DNA of 33,896 nucleotides from an uncultured bacterium (GCA_965372095.1 CBDVAW010000002.1:1-33896), one strand, 5' to 3'. Positions 18,944 through 27,104 are shown, counted from the stretch's first letter. Program-made: numbers and translations. Notes: generated from the letters alone by a model not told the origin.

Positions 18944-18975
18944 AGGGGATTGATTAAACCGCCCCTATGTTTTAA
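18944..18975 (+). terminator. weak terminator-like hairpin
   Basis: AGGGG ... CCCCT 5-bp stem with a 13-nt loop, followed by ATGTTTTAAT. Confidence 0.3.
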
Positions 18976-18985
18976 TATAGTATTA

Positions 18986-19014
18986 GTCGCACAATGTAGG
19001 TAAAGCGACATTTA
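18986..19014. repeat. site A: GTCGCACAAT-N9-GCGACATTTA, immediately upstream of the xer gene
   Basis: Contains the internal inverted pentamers GTCGC/GCGAC. Both halves recur at 20070..20084. Confidence 0.6.
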
Positions 19015-19074
19015 ATATATATGATCGGTGGAGTTCTCAATAAAGGGTCTCCCCCGGCGCCAAAAACAAAAAAT

Positions 19075-20031
19075 ATGGAAAAAACCAATAAGTCCATTAT
19101 TAATTATATCCCCGATTTTTTAGACTACTGTGAAATAGAAAAAGGATTATCCAGTAACACACAAAAAAACTATTCCCGTTATTTGCAAAAATTTATATTA
19201 TGGTTAAAAAGTACAAATAACGAATCTCTTACTCCATCTGAATTAACTCCTGACCATATATGGAAATACCGGCTGTATCTATCTCGCTTTCAAGACCCCA
19301 AAGGAAAGCCACTGAAGAAGATAACCCAGAACTATTATTTAGTCGCTCTAAGAGCCATTCTAAGCTATTTTACGGCGAAAGACATAGTTTCCGTCCCGGC
19401 AGATAAAATATCGCTTCCCAAGAGTAGCGGAAAAGAAAAAAGTATTAAATTTCTTAATCTGGACCAGATTGAAAAACTCTTATTACAACCTGACATTAAA
19501 AATTCTGCCGGGTTAAGAGACCGCGCGATACTGGAAACTTTTTTTTCTACCGGTTTAAGAATAGCCGAACTGACTGCCTTGAATATAGAACAGTTTAAAA
19601 ATATAAAGAATAAGAATGATCTGGAATTGGGAATTATCGGTAAAGGAGACAACCCCAGAACCGTTTATTTTTCCAAGAGAGCCCTCAACTGGGTTAAAGA
19701 GTATGTAAACACCAGAAATGACCAAGAAAAACCCCTGTTCATCAATTACAGAGGCCGCGAAGACGCCGATAGGCGCCTTACCCCTCGCTCCATAGAAAGG
19801 ATTGTTAAAAAATACGCCTTATTGGCCAATATCCCTGTTTTCACAACTCCACATACTCTGCGCCATTCTTATGCCACTGATTTGTTGACACAAGGCGTTG
19901 ATTTGAGAACCATTCAGGAATTCTTAGGCCACAAAAATATTGTGACCACGCAAATCTATACTCATGTGACCAATAAGCGCCTCCGGGATGTCCACCGTAA
20001 ATTCCATGGCGGAAAAGATCTTAAAGATTAA
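19075..20031 (+). CDS. tyrosine site-specific recombinase, XerC/XerD family
   Basis: SAM-like N-domain (FLDYCEIEKGLSSNTQKNYSRYL). Catalytic residues: R (GLRIAEL), HTLRH and LGHKNIVTTQIYTHV (Tyr). ORF track starts at ATG 19021; the ATG at 19075 gives a typical N-terminus. Confidence 0.9.
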   Translation: MEKTNKSIINYIPDFLDYCEIEKGLSSNTQKNYSRYLQKFILWLKSTNNESLTPSELTPDHIWKYRLYLSRFQDPKGKPLKKITQNYYLVALRAILSYFTAKDIVSVPADKISLPKSSGKEKSIKFLNLDQIEKLLLQPDIKNSAGLRDRAILETFFSTGLRIAELTALNIEQFKNIKNKNDLELGIIGKGDNPRTVYFSKRALNWVKEYVNTRNDQEKPLFINYRGREDADRRLTPRSIERIVKKYALLANIPVFTTPHTLRHSYATDLLTQGVDLRTIQEFLGHKNIVTTQIYTHVTNKRLRDVHRKFHGGKDLKD

Positions 20032-20037
20032 AAAAAC

Positions 20038-20059
20038 CGGGGGCTACTCCCCGATTTTT
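20038..20059 (+). terminator. weak terminator-like hairpin after xer
   Basis: CGGGG / CCCCG 5-bp stem followed by ATTTTTA. Confidence 0.35.
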
Positions 20060-20069
20060 AGCGTCTAAG

Positions 20070-20084
20070 TAAATGTCGCACAAT
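20070..20084. repeat. site B: TAAATGTCGCACAAT, immediately downstream of the xer gene
   Basis: TAAATGTCGC is the reverse complement of 19005..19014. GTCGCACAAT is a direct copy of 18986..18995. Confidence 0.6.
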
Positions 20085-20129
20085 ATTAATTACTCTATGT
20101 TACCCATTAAATATATTTTCCTTGTTTTT

Positions 20130-20271
20130 TTATGTCGTTCCAAGCATCCTTAGCGCTTCCCCGTATTCCTTAACCACTTTTTTTACCGCTTTATCTATTT
20201 CTGTTTTTTGTTTTTTAGTTAATTTTTTTGTCAGTATATTATTATCTATAGATATATTTTTTTCTCTTCAT
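20130..20271 (-). pseudogene. 46-codon small ORF interrupted by one extra base at an A7 run
   Basis: ATG at 20271 reads MKRKK, then runs out of frame. The downstream frame reads ISIDNNILTKKLTKKQKTEIDKAVKKVVKEYGEALRMLGTT*. The span is 142 nt, i.e. 3n+1. Confidence 0.3.
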
Positions 20272-20293
20272 TGTTATTTAAATAATCCTATGC

Positions 20294-20725
20294 TCATTCA
20301 ACAGAATATTTTTTAAGACACTCGTCTTTTTTCTGTTTTAACTCGGCCTTGGCCTCTTCGGACATCTCTTCATCTTTATAAAACGCTTCGGCTTCAGTAA
20401 TGCAGCCATTTAATAATATTCTGTTTATTTCCTTACCCCCTCTCATCTCCTCAATCTGCGCTATTGTTTTTTCCGCTTCAGCTTCAAGTTGTTCAATCTC
20501 TATTCTTATTTTATCCTCTTCCGAGCTGACTTCTTCAGGCTGGTCGGTTTCTGAATTTTTTTGATCCGTTATGGCAATGTCAACCGACTCCGAAACGCTG
20601 GCGGCAAGTCTTGTTTTTTTCTGTTCATACAAAACAATATTAATCGCCAACGATAACACCACGGCAATAATCAATATCGGCGCGGATATGCTTATAAACT
20701 TTTTTTGTTTGCTTCTTTTTTTCAT
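20294..20725 (-). CDS. membrane-anchored acidic coiled-coil protein, unknown function
   Basis: Basic N-terminus plus one TM (ISAPILIIAVVLSLAINIVLY), then an E-rich heptad-like region. TGA stop. Confidence 0.6.
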   Translation of the reverse strand: MKKRSKQKKFISISAPILIIAVVLSLAINIVLYEQKKTRLAASVSESVDIAITDQKNSETDQPEEVSSEEDKIRIEIEQLEAEAEKTIAQIEEMRGGKEINRILLNGCITEAEAFYKDEEMSEEAKAELKQKKDECLKKYSVE

Positions 20726-20787
20726 AATACCAACTATCCATTAGCTTTAATTTATTTTTATATTTTACCATAATAAAAATATTTAAT

Positions 20788-20818
20788 AAAAAACCGTTGG
20801 ATTTTCCAACGGTTTTTT
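20788..20818 (-). terminator. intrinsic terminator (symmetrical A-run / T-run)
   Basis: 9-bp stem AACCGTTGG / CCAACGGTT with loop ATTTT, flanked by A6 and T6. Confidence 0.75.
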
Positions 20819-20834
20819 CAGGTTTGACGATAGA

Positions 20835-21641
20835 CTAAGATAATGTATGAGCAAACTCAACTATATCTTTAATTGGGTCTTTCTGTTTTATTGAACCTTT
20901 TAGCTTCGGTTCCATCATAATCATATGGCCAAAGTCCGGGTATTCAATATAATTGTCCGGATTACATTGATTTCTAAGATCCCTCTGCATATTAACGGTT
21001 GTTATGTTGTCTTTTTTCCCGACAATCATCATCGTTGGACATTTGATTTCTGTAAAATCAACCTTTATGCGGCCAAACGCAATTTCTTTAACCGCTGTCC
21101 CCGATTCGGGAACAAAACATTTAAAAACGGTTTCTTTGGCAACAATCTCATTGAGCATTAAAACACACGCATCTCTAAAATGTAATTTTAACGGAAAGCC
21201 ACATATTATTGCGCCCACATATGCCGGTCTCCACATTCTCCACAACACTGAGCCGCGTAAAGGCACACTATTGGGCGGCGCAGAAGCAACAAGCACTAAC
21301 CCTCGGACTAATTCTTTTTCTTCACAAGCAACAATTTGCGATATGAGACCTCCCATTGAGTGGCCTACGAGAATTGCCGGACCGATCTTCCTAAGTATGT
21401 TCTTTACATCTTCTACATAGTCTGCAACAGATACTTTCCCCAGTTTTACATTTGGCATAGAGCCACAATGACCCCTAAGGTTAAAAGCATATGAGCTGAC
21501 TTTTTTCACAGCGTAGTCCATCCAATAAACAAATTGCCATGATCCTCCCCACATACCATGCACAAATAAAAAAGGTGTGCCTGACTCTTTTTTTATGGAA
21601 AAATGCCCTGTCAACCCTGAATGTTTGATATTTTTTAACAT
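20835..21641 (-). CDS. alpha/beta-fold hydrolase
   Basis: GHSMGG nucleophile elbow, Asp in GKKDNIT, His in DFGHMIMME, and an HGMWGG oxyanion region. Confidence 0.9.
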   Translation of the reverse strand: MLKNIKHSGLTGHFSIKKESGTPFLFVHGMWGGSWQFVYWMDYAVKKVSSYAFNLRGHCGSMPNVKLGKVSVADYVEDVKNILRKIGPAILVGHSMGGLISQIVACEEKELVRGLVLVASAPPNSVPLRGSVLWRMWRPAYVGAIICGFPLKLHFRDACVLMLNEIVAKETVFKCFVPESGTAVKEIAFGRIKVDFTEIKCPTMMIVGKKDNITTVNMQRDLRNQCNPDNYIEYPDFGHMIMMEPKLKGSIKQKDPIKDIVEFAHTLS

Positions 21642-21650
21642 CTATTATCG

Positions 21651-21657
21651 CCTCCTT
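21651..21657 (-). promoter_or_regulatory. canonical Shine-Dalgarno AAGGAGG, 9 nt upstream of the hydrolase ATG
   Basis: Minus-strand reading: AGAAAGGAGGCGATAATAG-ATG. Confidence 0.6.
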
Positions 21658-21836
21658 TCTAGTAATAGAATTAAAAATTTCAATGAACTTCTTTAATTTG
21701 TTAATTTTAATATAAAATGCCACGAAATCAGTATAATGTCAACTCAAATTAATATAATAAAAAATCGTTAAACATTCTGCTTTTTAATAAAAACGCGCCT
21801 AACGATAATTTAGGGTTAATTAATATATGTGCTTTC

Positions 21837-21992
21837 CTACTTATCTATCAATATTGCGTTGGGTATCCACAGCTCTTCTTCTATTAACCCGATTTGCCAT
21901 TTTAATATAACAATTACCGCTATCACGGCAACCAAAACAATAACGGCAATAGCCACCGGCGCCGGCACTTTCTTATTCAAAAATTTTGACAT
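21837..21992 (-). CDS. candidate 51-aa single-pass membrane peptide
   Basis: My own translation gives MSKFLNKKVPAPVAIAVIVLVAVIAVIVILKWQIGLIEEELWIPNAILIDK*. More protein-like than the low-complexity + strand ORF 21829..22041. Confidence 0.4.
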   Translation of the reverse strand: MSKFLNKKVPAPVAIAVIVLVAVIAVIVILKWQIGLIEEELWIPNAILIDK

Positions 21993-22080
21993 AATATTTT
22001 ATAAATTATTAATTAATTATCTTGCTATTATTCTAATATAATTAAAAGATATAATAAACAATCTTTTAATGGGATTATGG

Positions 22081-22754
22081 TTATTTGCCGAATCTTCTAT
22101 GACGATTGGTATAATCTTGTAAAACCGCATTTAGGTCTTTTGCTGCAAAATCGGGCCAATATTTTTTAATAAAATAAAACTCGCTATAAACCGACTGCTA
22201 AGTCAAAAAATTAGAAAGGCGCTGTTCTCCTCCGGTCCTAGTAATCAGATCCGGGATCGGGCAATCTTTCGGTCCAGAGATTTTTGGCTATTAATTTTTC
22301 ATCAATTTTTTTAACGGAATATTTACCCCGGATGCTTTTTTTAACAGCGTGAATGATCTCCAGCCTGCCTCCATAATTCAAAGCTATATTAAGGATCATA
22401 TTCTTATTGTTTTCAGTTAGCCTCTCTAACGCATTAAGTCCTTTTTGAATAATGTCCGAGAAAACGAACTTTAACGCCGTCTTTATGAGGTTGTTGAACT
22501 TCTTTTTTTTGAGTAAAAGCTTCTTTAATAAGCTCCATTAAATAAGTTACTTCTTTTTCCGTTCTTTTCCGGTTTTCAGTAGAAAAAACATAAATTGTAA
22601 GAATTTTAATTCCTTTTTCCTGGCATGATTTTCTTAATTGCCCCACTCTTTCCATTCTTCGCCGATGCCGGCGGAGAGTGGGCAATCCTCTTTCTTTCGC
22701 CCATCTTCTATTGCCGTCAATAATAACACCTATATGATTAATGATTGTTTCCAT
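22081..22754 (-). pseudogene. uppS: undecaprenyl-diphosphate synthase (cis-prenyltransferase), disrupted
   Basis: Three consecutive frames carry collinear UppS segments. These are: HIGVIIDGNRRWAKERGLP...YVFSTEN..VKVRFLG; DIIQKGLNALERLTENNKNMILNIALNYGGRLEII...LPDP; and DLITRTGGEQRLSNFLT*QSVYSEFYF...RHRRFGK*. Frame changes lie near 22456 and 22252, with an in-frame TAG at 22198..22200. Confidence 0.7.
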
Positions 22755-22908
22755 AAATAATTTCTTCAATTATTAAAGGCTCTTTATTTTGGCTGGAAGC
22801 TGTTAAATAACCCGTAGCAAAACTCAATAAAGAAATTAAAATCACTCCGACTACTAAAATTATATCATCTTGATATTCTTTGACAAAAACTTTAATTTTT
22901 GATAGCAT
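22738..22908 (-). CDS. candidate 56-aa single-pass membrane peptide overlapping the uppS start
   Basis: My own translation gives MLSKIKVFVKEYQDDIILVVGVILISLLSFATGYLTASSQNKEPLIIEEIIYGNNH*. Confidence 0.3.
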   Translation of the reverse strand: MLSKIKVFVKEYQDDIILVVGVILISLLSFATGYLTASSQNKEPLIIEEIIYGNNH

Positions 22909-22926
22909 AATGTCGTATGGTATAAA
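22899..22926 (+). promoter_or_regulatory. promoter candidate for rpmA (TTGATA-N16-TG-n-TATAAA)
   Basis: TTGATA at 22899-22904. Extended -10 TGGTATAAA at 22918-22926. Confidence 0.4.
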
Positions 22927-23015
22927 GCATTCGCGACGCTTAGCGGCTTCGCCAAACTGCTGAGTTATTCAGATTATATTTGTTCTATGTTTTATATTAC
23001 ATATTTTATATATTT

Positions 23016-23324
23016 ATGTCTAAAACAAAAGCAACAGGTTCAAGCAAATTAGGAAGAGATTCACAATCTCAAAGGTTGGGAGTCAAATTATTTGCCGGAC
23101 AAAAAATAAAAACCGGGATGATTATTATTCGCCAAAGAGGCACTAAGTTTCTTCCCGGCGATAATGTTAGAAAAGGCAAAGACGATACTCTTTACGCGAT
23201 AAAAGAAGGTGTTGTTAGTTTTAAAACAAAAAAAAAGAAATGTTTTGACGGCTCTCAAAGAACAGTTAAAATAGTTAATGTTGGACAGATTGAATCAAAG
23301 ATTAAATCCGAAGTCGTAAAATAA
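23016..23324 (+). CDS. rpmA: 50S ribosomal protein L27
   Basis: [22 protein letters not shown]...[26 protein letters not shown] matches the L27 core. ORF track starts at TTG 22980; the ATG is at 23016. Confidence 0.92.
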   Translation: MSKTKATGSSKLGRDSQSQRLGVKLFAGQKIKTGMIIIRQRGTKFLPGDNVRKGKDDTLYAIKEGVVSFKTKKKKCFDGSQRTVKIVNVGQIESKIKSEVVK

Positions 23325-23387
23325 AAACTGAAAACTAAATAGAATTCTTACATTAAAAAACTCTGATTAATTGGGGTTTTTTTATTT

Positions 23388-25001
23388 CTAAATGCAAGCC
23401 TTGATAAACTTTACAAAAAGAGGGTGCGGGGTTAACGGCCTTGATTTAAATTCAGGATGAAATTGCGTGCCTACAAAAAATGGATGATTTTTTATTTCAA
23501 TAATCTCTACTAAATCTCTTTTTGGGTTTACTCCCGCTATTATTAATCCTTTTTCTTTTAAAAGTTTGCGATATTCATTATTAAACTCGTAACGGTGACG
23601 ATGGCGTTCTGAAATAAGATTTTTCTTATAAGCCCTGAAACTGTTGGTGTTTGATAATATTTGGCAATCATAAGCCCCAAGCCTCATTGTTCCTCCATAT
23701 TGCTTATCCTTAATAAGCTTCTTTTGTTCCGTTATAAAATCAATGACAGGGTGTTCGCAACGCGGAGAAAATTCAGTAGAATTCGCCTTTTTTAATCCTG
23801 CTACATTCCTTGCAAATTCTATTGTTGCCAGCTGCATCCCCAGACAAAGCCCAAAAAAAGGAATCTTATTTTTTCTACAAAATTCAATAACTTTAATTTT
23901 CCCTTCCACCCCCCTGTTCCCAAAACCTCCGGGAACAATTATCCCGCCAAATTTTTTAAGTTCCAATAAGGCCTTTGTATCTTTTTCGTAATGTTCCGCC
24001 GAAAGCCATACGATCTCCGGCTTTTTCTTGTTTGCCCAAGAAGCGTGCTTCACGGCTTCAATCACGGAAATGTATGAATCCATCAAGGTAAATCTACCTG
24101 TTTCAAAATATTTTCCGACTATGCCGATTTTAACGGGCTTTTTAACGGTTTGTATTACACGAACCATTGCCCTCCACTCTTTTAAGTCTTTTCTTCTGTC
24201 TTTTAAGCCAAACTTATTTAAAATTCTTTTTCCTATATTATCTTTTTCAAAATTAATGGGCACCTCGTAAATTGAATCTATATCGGGAGCAGAAATAACA
24301 TCCTCTTTTTCTATATTACAAAAAGTAGAAATTTTCTGACAGCGCGGCTTGTCCAACGGGACCACGGAACGAGCCAATATGATATCAGGCTGAATCCCGG
24401 CAGAATTCAAAAGCTTAACCGCGTGTTGCGTGGGCTTGGTCTTCATCTCACCAATTTTTTCAGGGACGGGCAGATAGCTTATTAAAACAAAAAGAATGTC
24501 CTTGGGATTTTTAAGCTTCATCATTCTCGCAGCTTCTAAAAAAAGCATATTTTGATATTCCCCCACGGTTCCTCCGACTTCTATCAATACAAAGTCCGCT
24601 TTGTTAATCTTGGCCGCTTTATGGATACGCCTGATAATTTCATCGGGGATATGTGGCACTACCTCTACACACCGCCCTCCATATTCAAGATTTCTTTCTT
24701 TATTGATAACTGTCTGATAAACCCTGCCGGTAGTCATATAATTATCAGCCGACAAGTCTATCTCTAAGAACCTTTCGTAGTTACCTATGTCTTGATCACA
24801 CTCAAGACCATCATCAGTCACAAAAACTTCTCCATGCTCAATCGGATTCATGGTTCCCGCATCAATATTAATATATGGGTCTATTTTAATCGCCGTTACT
24901 TTAAAACCTTTAGATTGAAGAATTTTTCCAATAGAGGTAGTGGCTATTCCTTTGCCAATCCCGGACATTACTCCGCCAACTATAAAAATATATCGTGCCA
25001 T
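23388..25001 (-). CDS. pyrG: CTP synthase
   Basis: N-terminal synthetase domain (IFIVGGVMSGIGKG) and C-terminal glutaminase with GLCLGMQ Cys and HPEF motifs. Confidence 0.97.
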   Translation of the reverse strand: MARYIFIVGGVMSGIGKGIATTSIGKILQSKGFKVTAIKIDPYINIDAGTMNPIEHGEVFVTDDGLECDQDIGNYERFLEIDLSADNYMTTGRVYQTVINKERNLEYGGRCVEVVPHIPDEIIRRIHKAAKINKADFVLIEVGGTVGEYQNMLFLEAARMMKLKNPKDILFVLISYLPVPEKIGEMKTKPTQHAVKLLNSAGIQPDIILARSVVPLDKPRCQKISTFCNIEKEDVISAPDIDSIYEVPINFEKDNIGKRILNKFGLKDRRKDLKEWRAMVRVIQTVKKPVKIGIVGKYFETGRFTLMDSYISVIEAVKHASWANKKKPEIVWLSAEHYEKDTKALLELKKFGGIIVPGGFGNRGVEGKIKVIEFCRKNKIPFFGLCLGMQLATIEFARNVAGLKKANSTEFSPRCEHPVIDFITEQKKLIKDKQYGGTMRLGAYDCQILSNTNSFRAYKKNLISERHRHRYEFNNEYRKLLKEKGLIIAGVNPKRDLVEIIEIKNHPFFVGTQFHPEFKSRPLTPHPLFVKFIKACI

Positions 25002-25123
25002 AAATAAAATAATCTTAATATTTAACAGACAAGAATCTTGCCTATGGCAAGAGCCTTAAAGTAAAACCATATTGTATATTCTTTAAATGTGGCAAAACTA
25101 CATTTTAGGACAATATGGCTTTA

Positions 25124-25160
25124 TTTTAAAAAAACGCTCTGATTATAAATGCAGAGCGTT
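25124..25160 (-). terminator. intrinsic terminator after rplI
   Basis: 9-bp stem AACGCTCTG / CAGAGCGTT with a 10-nt loop. On the minus strand it is followed by TTTTTTTAAAATAA. Confidence 0.75.
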
Positions 25161-25166
25161 TTAATA

Positions 25167-25619
25167 TTATTTCTTAGTTTCTTCAGAGACGATGAGTAGA
25201 ATTTCCGCTTCCAGCCCATGATCAAAAACAATCTTTACTGGAAATTCCCCAAGTTCTTTAATGGATTTTTCAAACTTGATCTGGGACTTTTTAAAATTAA
25301 ATCCCTTTACCTTTAATTCGTCCACGATTTTCTGGGCCGATATTGATTCAAAAAGCTCTCCTTTTTTGCCCAACTTAACAGGAATTGTAATTTCAACCCC
25401 TTCAAGGCTTAGGGCCATTTTTTGAGCTTCTTTTAATTCGTCTTCGGCCTTAATATCCTTTTTCTCTTGCTCGCGATCCAATTGAGATAATATTTCTTGA
25501 GTGATGGGCTTGGCCAATGTTTGAGGAATTAAAAAATTTCTCGCGTAGCCGTCAGCGACTTCTTTTATCTCATTTTTTTTACCTAATTCGTCTATGTCTT
25601 CTAATAAAATGACTCTCAT
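25167..25619 (-). CDS. rplI: 50S ribosomal protein L9
   Basis: [33 protein letters not shown]-domain, long helix and C-domain; 150 aa. Confidence 0.93.
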   Translation of the reverse strand: MRVILLEDIDELGKKNEIKEVADGYARNFLIPQTLAKPITQEILSQLDREQEKKDIKAEDELKEAQKMALSLEGVEITIPVKLGKKGELFESISAQKIVDELKVKGFNFKKSQIKFEKSIKELGEFPVKIVFDHGLEAEILLIVSEETKK

Positions 25620-25726
25620 AGATGTGATGTTAAACTTTAAAAATTTTTTAATGTTTTTTTTAAACTCTTCTTATTTTACCTTATATTTACATAATTTAGC
25701 AAGAGTTTATTAACCTTTGCCTCCCG

Positions 25727-26950
25727 TTAAAATGATTTTATTATTTCCAAAGCCTTATTAAGTTGCGGATCACGCCCTTCGTCGTAATCTTCGGTGGTCA
25801 TTTCCACCTCAATGTCCGGCTTTAATCCAACTCCGGCGATAAGCTCTCCTTTCGGCGTAAGCCAGTTAGCTACCGTTATTTTTAAACGTGTGTTTTTTAA
25901 TCCTTCCAGTTGTTGAACCGATCCCTTGCCAAATGAAGTCTCACCTATAAGCACCACATCCCTGTTATCTCTTAGAGCCCCTGCCAATATCTCCGAAGCT
26001 GATGCCGACCCTCTGTTAATCAAAATAACAATGGGATAATATAACAGTCTTTCATTCCCTTTCGCTTTATATTCTTTAGCCTTTTTTTCTTCGCCAAAAT
26101 CTTCAATAACCACCATTTCTCCTCTCTTTAAAAACCAGCCTGCTATTCTTTGAGAGATTTCCAGATATCCCCCCGGATTATTTCTTAAATCTAAAATTAT
26201 TTTTTCCGCATCTGAATTTAAAATTTCCAGAGCGGTTTCCTGAAAATCAGATTCAGCTATTTCAGAAAATTGATAAAGCTTAATATAGGCAATATTATCT
26301 TCTTTGAGTTCCCACTTCAAGGATGGAACTTCAATTACATCTCTTATTACCGGAACATCATAAGTTTTGTCATCCCCGTCCCTAAAGATAGTTAGTATGA
26401 CTTCCGTGCCTTTCGGTCCCCGTATAAGTCTTACTGCCTCGTCTAATTTCATATTAATAGTATTAATGTCGTCAATCTGAATAATTCTATCTCCCGGTCT
26501 CAATCCCGCTCTCTGCGCGGGAGTATTTTCTAACGGAGCTATTACTTGAAGCTCTCCTTTTCTAACACCGACTTCCATACCAACGCCTTCAAACACGCCC
26601 GAAACATCTTCTAAAAATCTTTTAGCATCATCAGGGTCTAAAAAAACAGTATAGGGGTCGTTAAGAGAACCAACCATTCCCGAGATAGCCCCATAAACCA
26701 TAGCTTGATAATCCAAAGAATCTCTACCGACAAACTTCTTCTGGATAAGTTGCCAAGCGTCCCAAAACAAAGAAAAGTCAACATCGTCCGGCTGACCACT
26801 GTCTATATTTGAAACTCCCGTAACGGGAGAAGGGGCTTGGGACTTCCCAATATAGAAACCAAGAAAAATACTAAGACCGATAACTATTAAAAGCCCTGTT
26901 AATGAAAACAGGATTGAATTCTTTTTATTTTTATATATCACAGCAGGCAT
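25727..26950 (-). CDS. carboxyl-terminal processing protease (S41) with PDZ domain
   Basis: N-terminal TM, PDZ (GLRPGDRIIQIDD), Ser nucleophile region (RGSASASEI) and Lys (FGKGSVQ). Confidence 0.9.
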   Translation of the reverse strand: MPAVIYKNKKNSILFSLTGLLIVIGLSIFLGFYIGKSQAPSPVTGVSNIDSGQPDDVDFSLFWDAWQLIQKKFVGRDSLDYQAMVYGAISGMVGSLNDPYTVFLDPDDAKRFLEDVSGVFEGVGMEVGVRKGELQVIAPLENTPAQRAGLRPGDRIIQIDDINTINMKLDEAVRLIRGPKGTEVILTIFRDGDDKTYDVPVIRDVIEVPSLKWELKEDNIAYIKLYQFSEIAESDFQETALEILNSDAEKIILDLRNNPGGYLEISQRIAGWFLKRGEMVVIEDFGEEKKAKEYKAKGNERLLYYPIVILINRGSASASEILAGALRDNRDVVLIGETSFGKGSVQQLEGLKNTRLKITVANWLTPKGELIAGVGLKPDIEVEMTTEDYDEGRDPQLNKALEIIKSF

Positions 26951-27031
26951 ATAATAAATATATTTTAACAGAGAATGTGTTTAAAAATTCTTTTTAAGAT
27001 TCTTGCCAAAGATAAATATTTTGCGTAATTG

Positions 27032-27104
27032 TGCCCCGTGAGGGAGTTGAACCCCCAACTTTCGGCTTAAAAGGCCGCTACTCTACCAATTGAGTTAACG
27101 GGGC
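27032..27104 (-). tRNA. tRNA-Lys (anticodon UUU), no encoded CCA
   Basis: Hand-folded 73-nt cloverleaf. Acceptor GCCCCGT/ACGGGGC. D arm ACTC-AATTGGTA-GAGT. Anticodon arm GCGGC-CTTTTAA-GCCGA has 4 base pairs and a 27:43 G-A mismatch. T arm GGGGG-TTCAACT-CCCTC. Discriminator A. Confidence 0.92.

Noticed and set aside
18986-19014. Canonical 28-bp dif site (11-6-11) next to xer.
   Set aside because: Only an 11-nt stretch resembles E. coli dif. The arms do not form the expected 11-bp imperfect inverted repeat around a 6-bp spacer. It is kept only as a dif-like possibility in the findings.
20257-20263. Programmed -1 ribosomal frameshift at the A_AAA_AAA heptamer of the small minus-strand ORF.
   Set aside because: A -1 shift reads ATA TAT CTA TAG and stops at once. 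Continuing the ORF needs +1 (skipping one base), so a homopolymer length error or mutation is more likely.
20122-20316. 64-aa + strand ORF (non-ATG start) downstream of xer.
   Set aside because: Phe/Leu/Ser low-complexity product with no ATG. It mirrors the more protein-like, frameshifted minus-strand ORF at 20130..20271.
21829-22041. 70-aa + strand ORF (ITAITATKTITAIATGAG...).
   Set aside because: The low-complexity translation is the antisense of a plausible 51-aa TM peptide on the minus strand (21837..21992).
22198-22200. In-frame TAG at the conserved Trp of uppS, considered as possible stop-codon reassignment.
   Set aside because: TAG clearly terminates many well-supported genes here (efp, pyrG, dnaJ, grpE, the hydrolase). 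The same gene also has two frame disruptions, so decay or sequencing error is the simpler reading.
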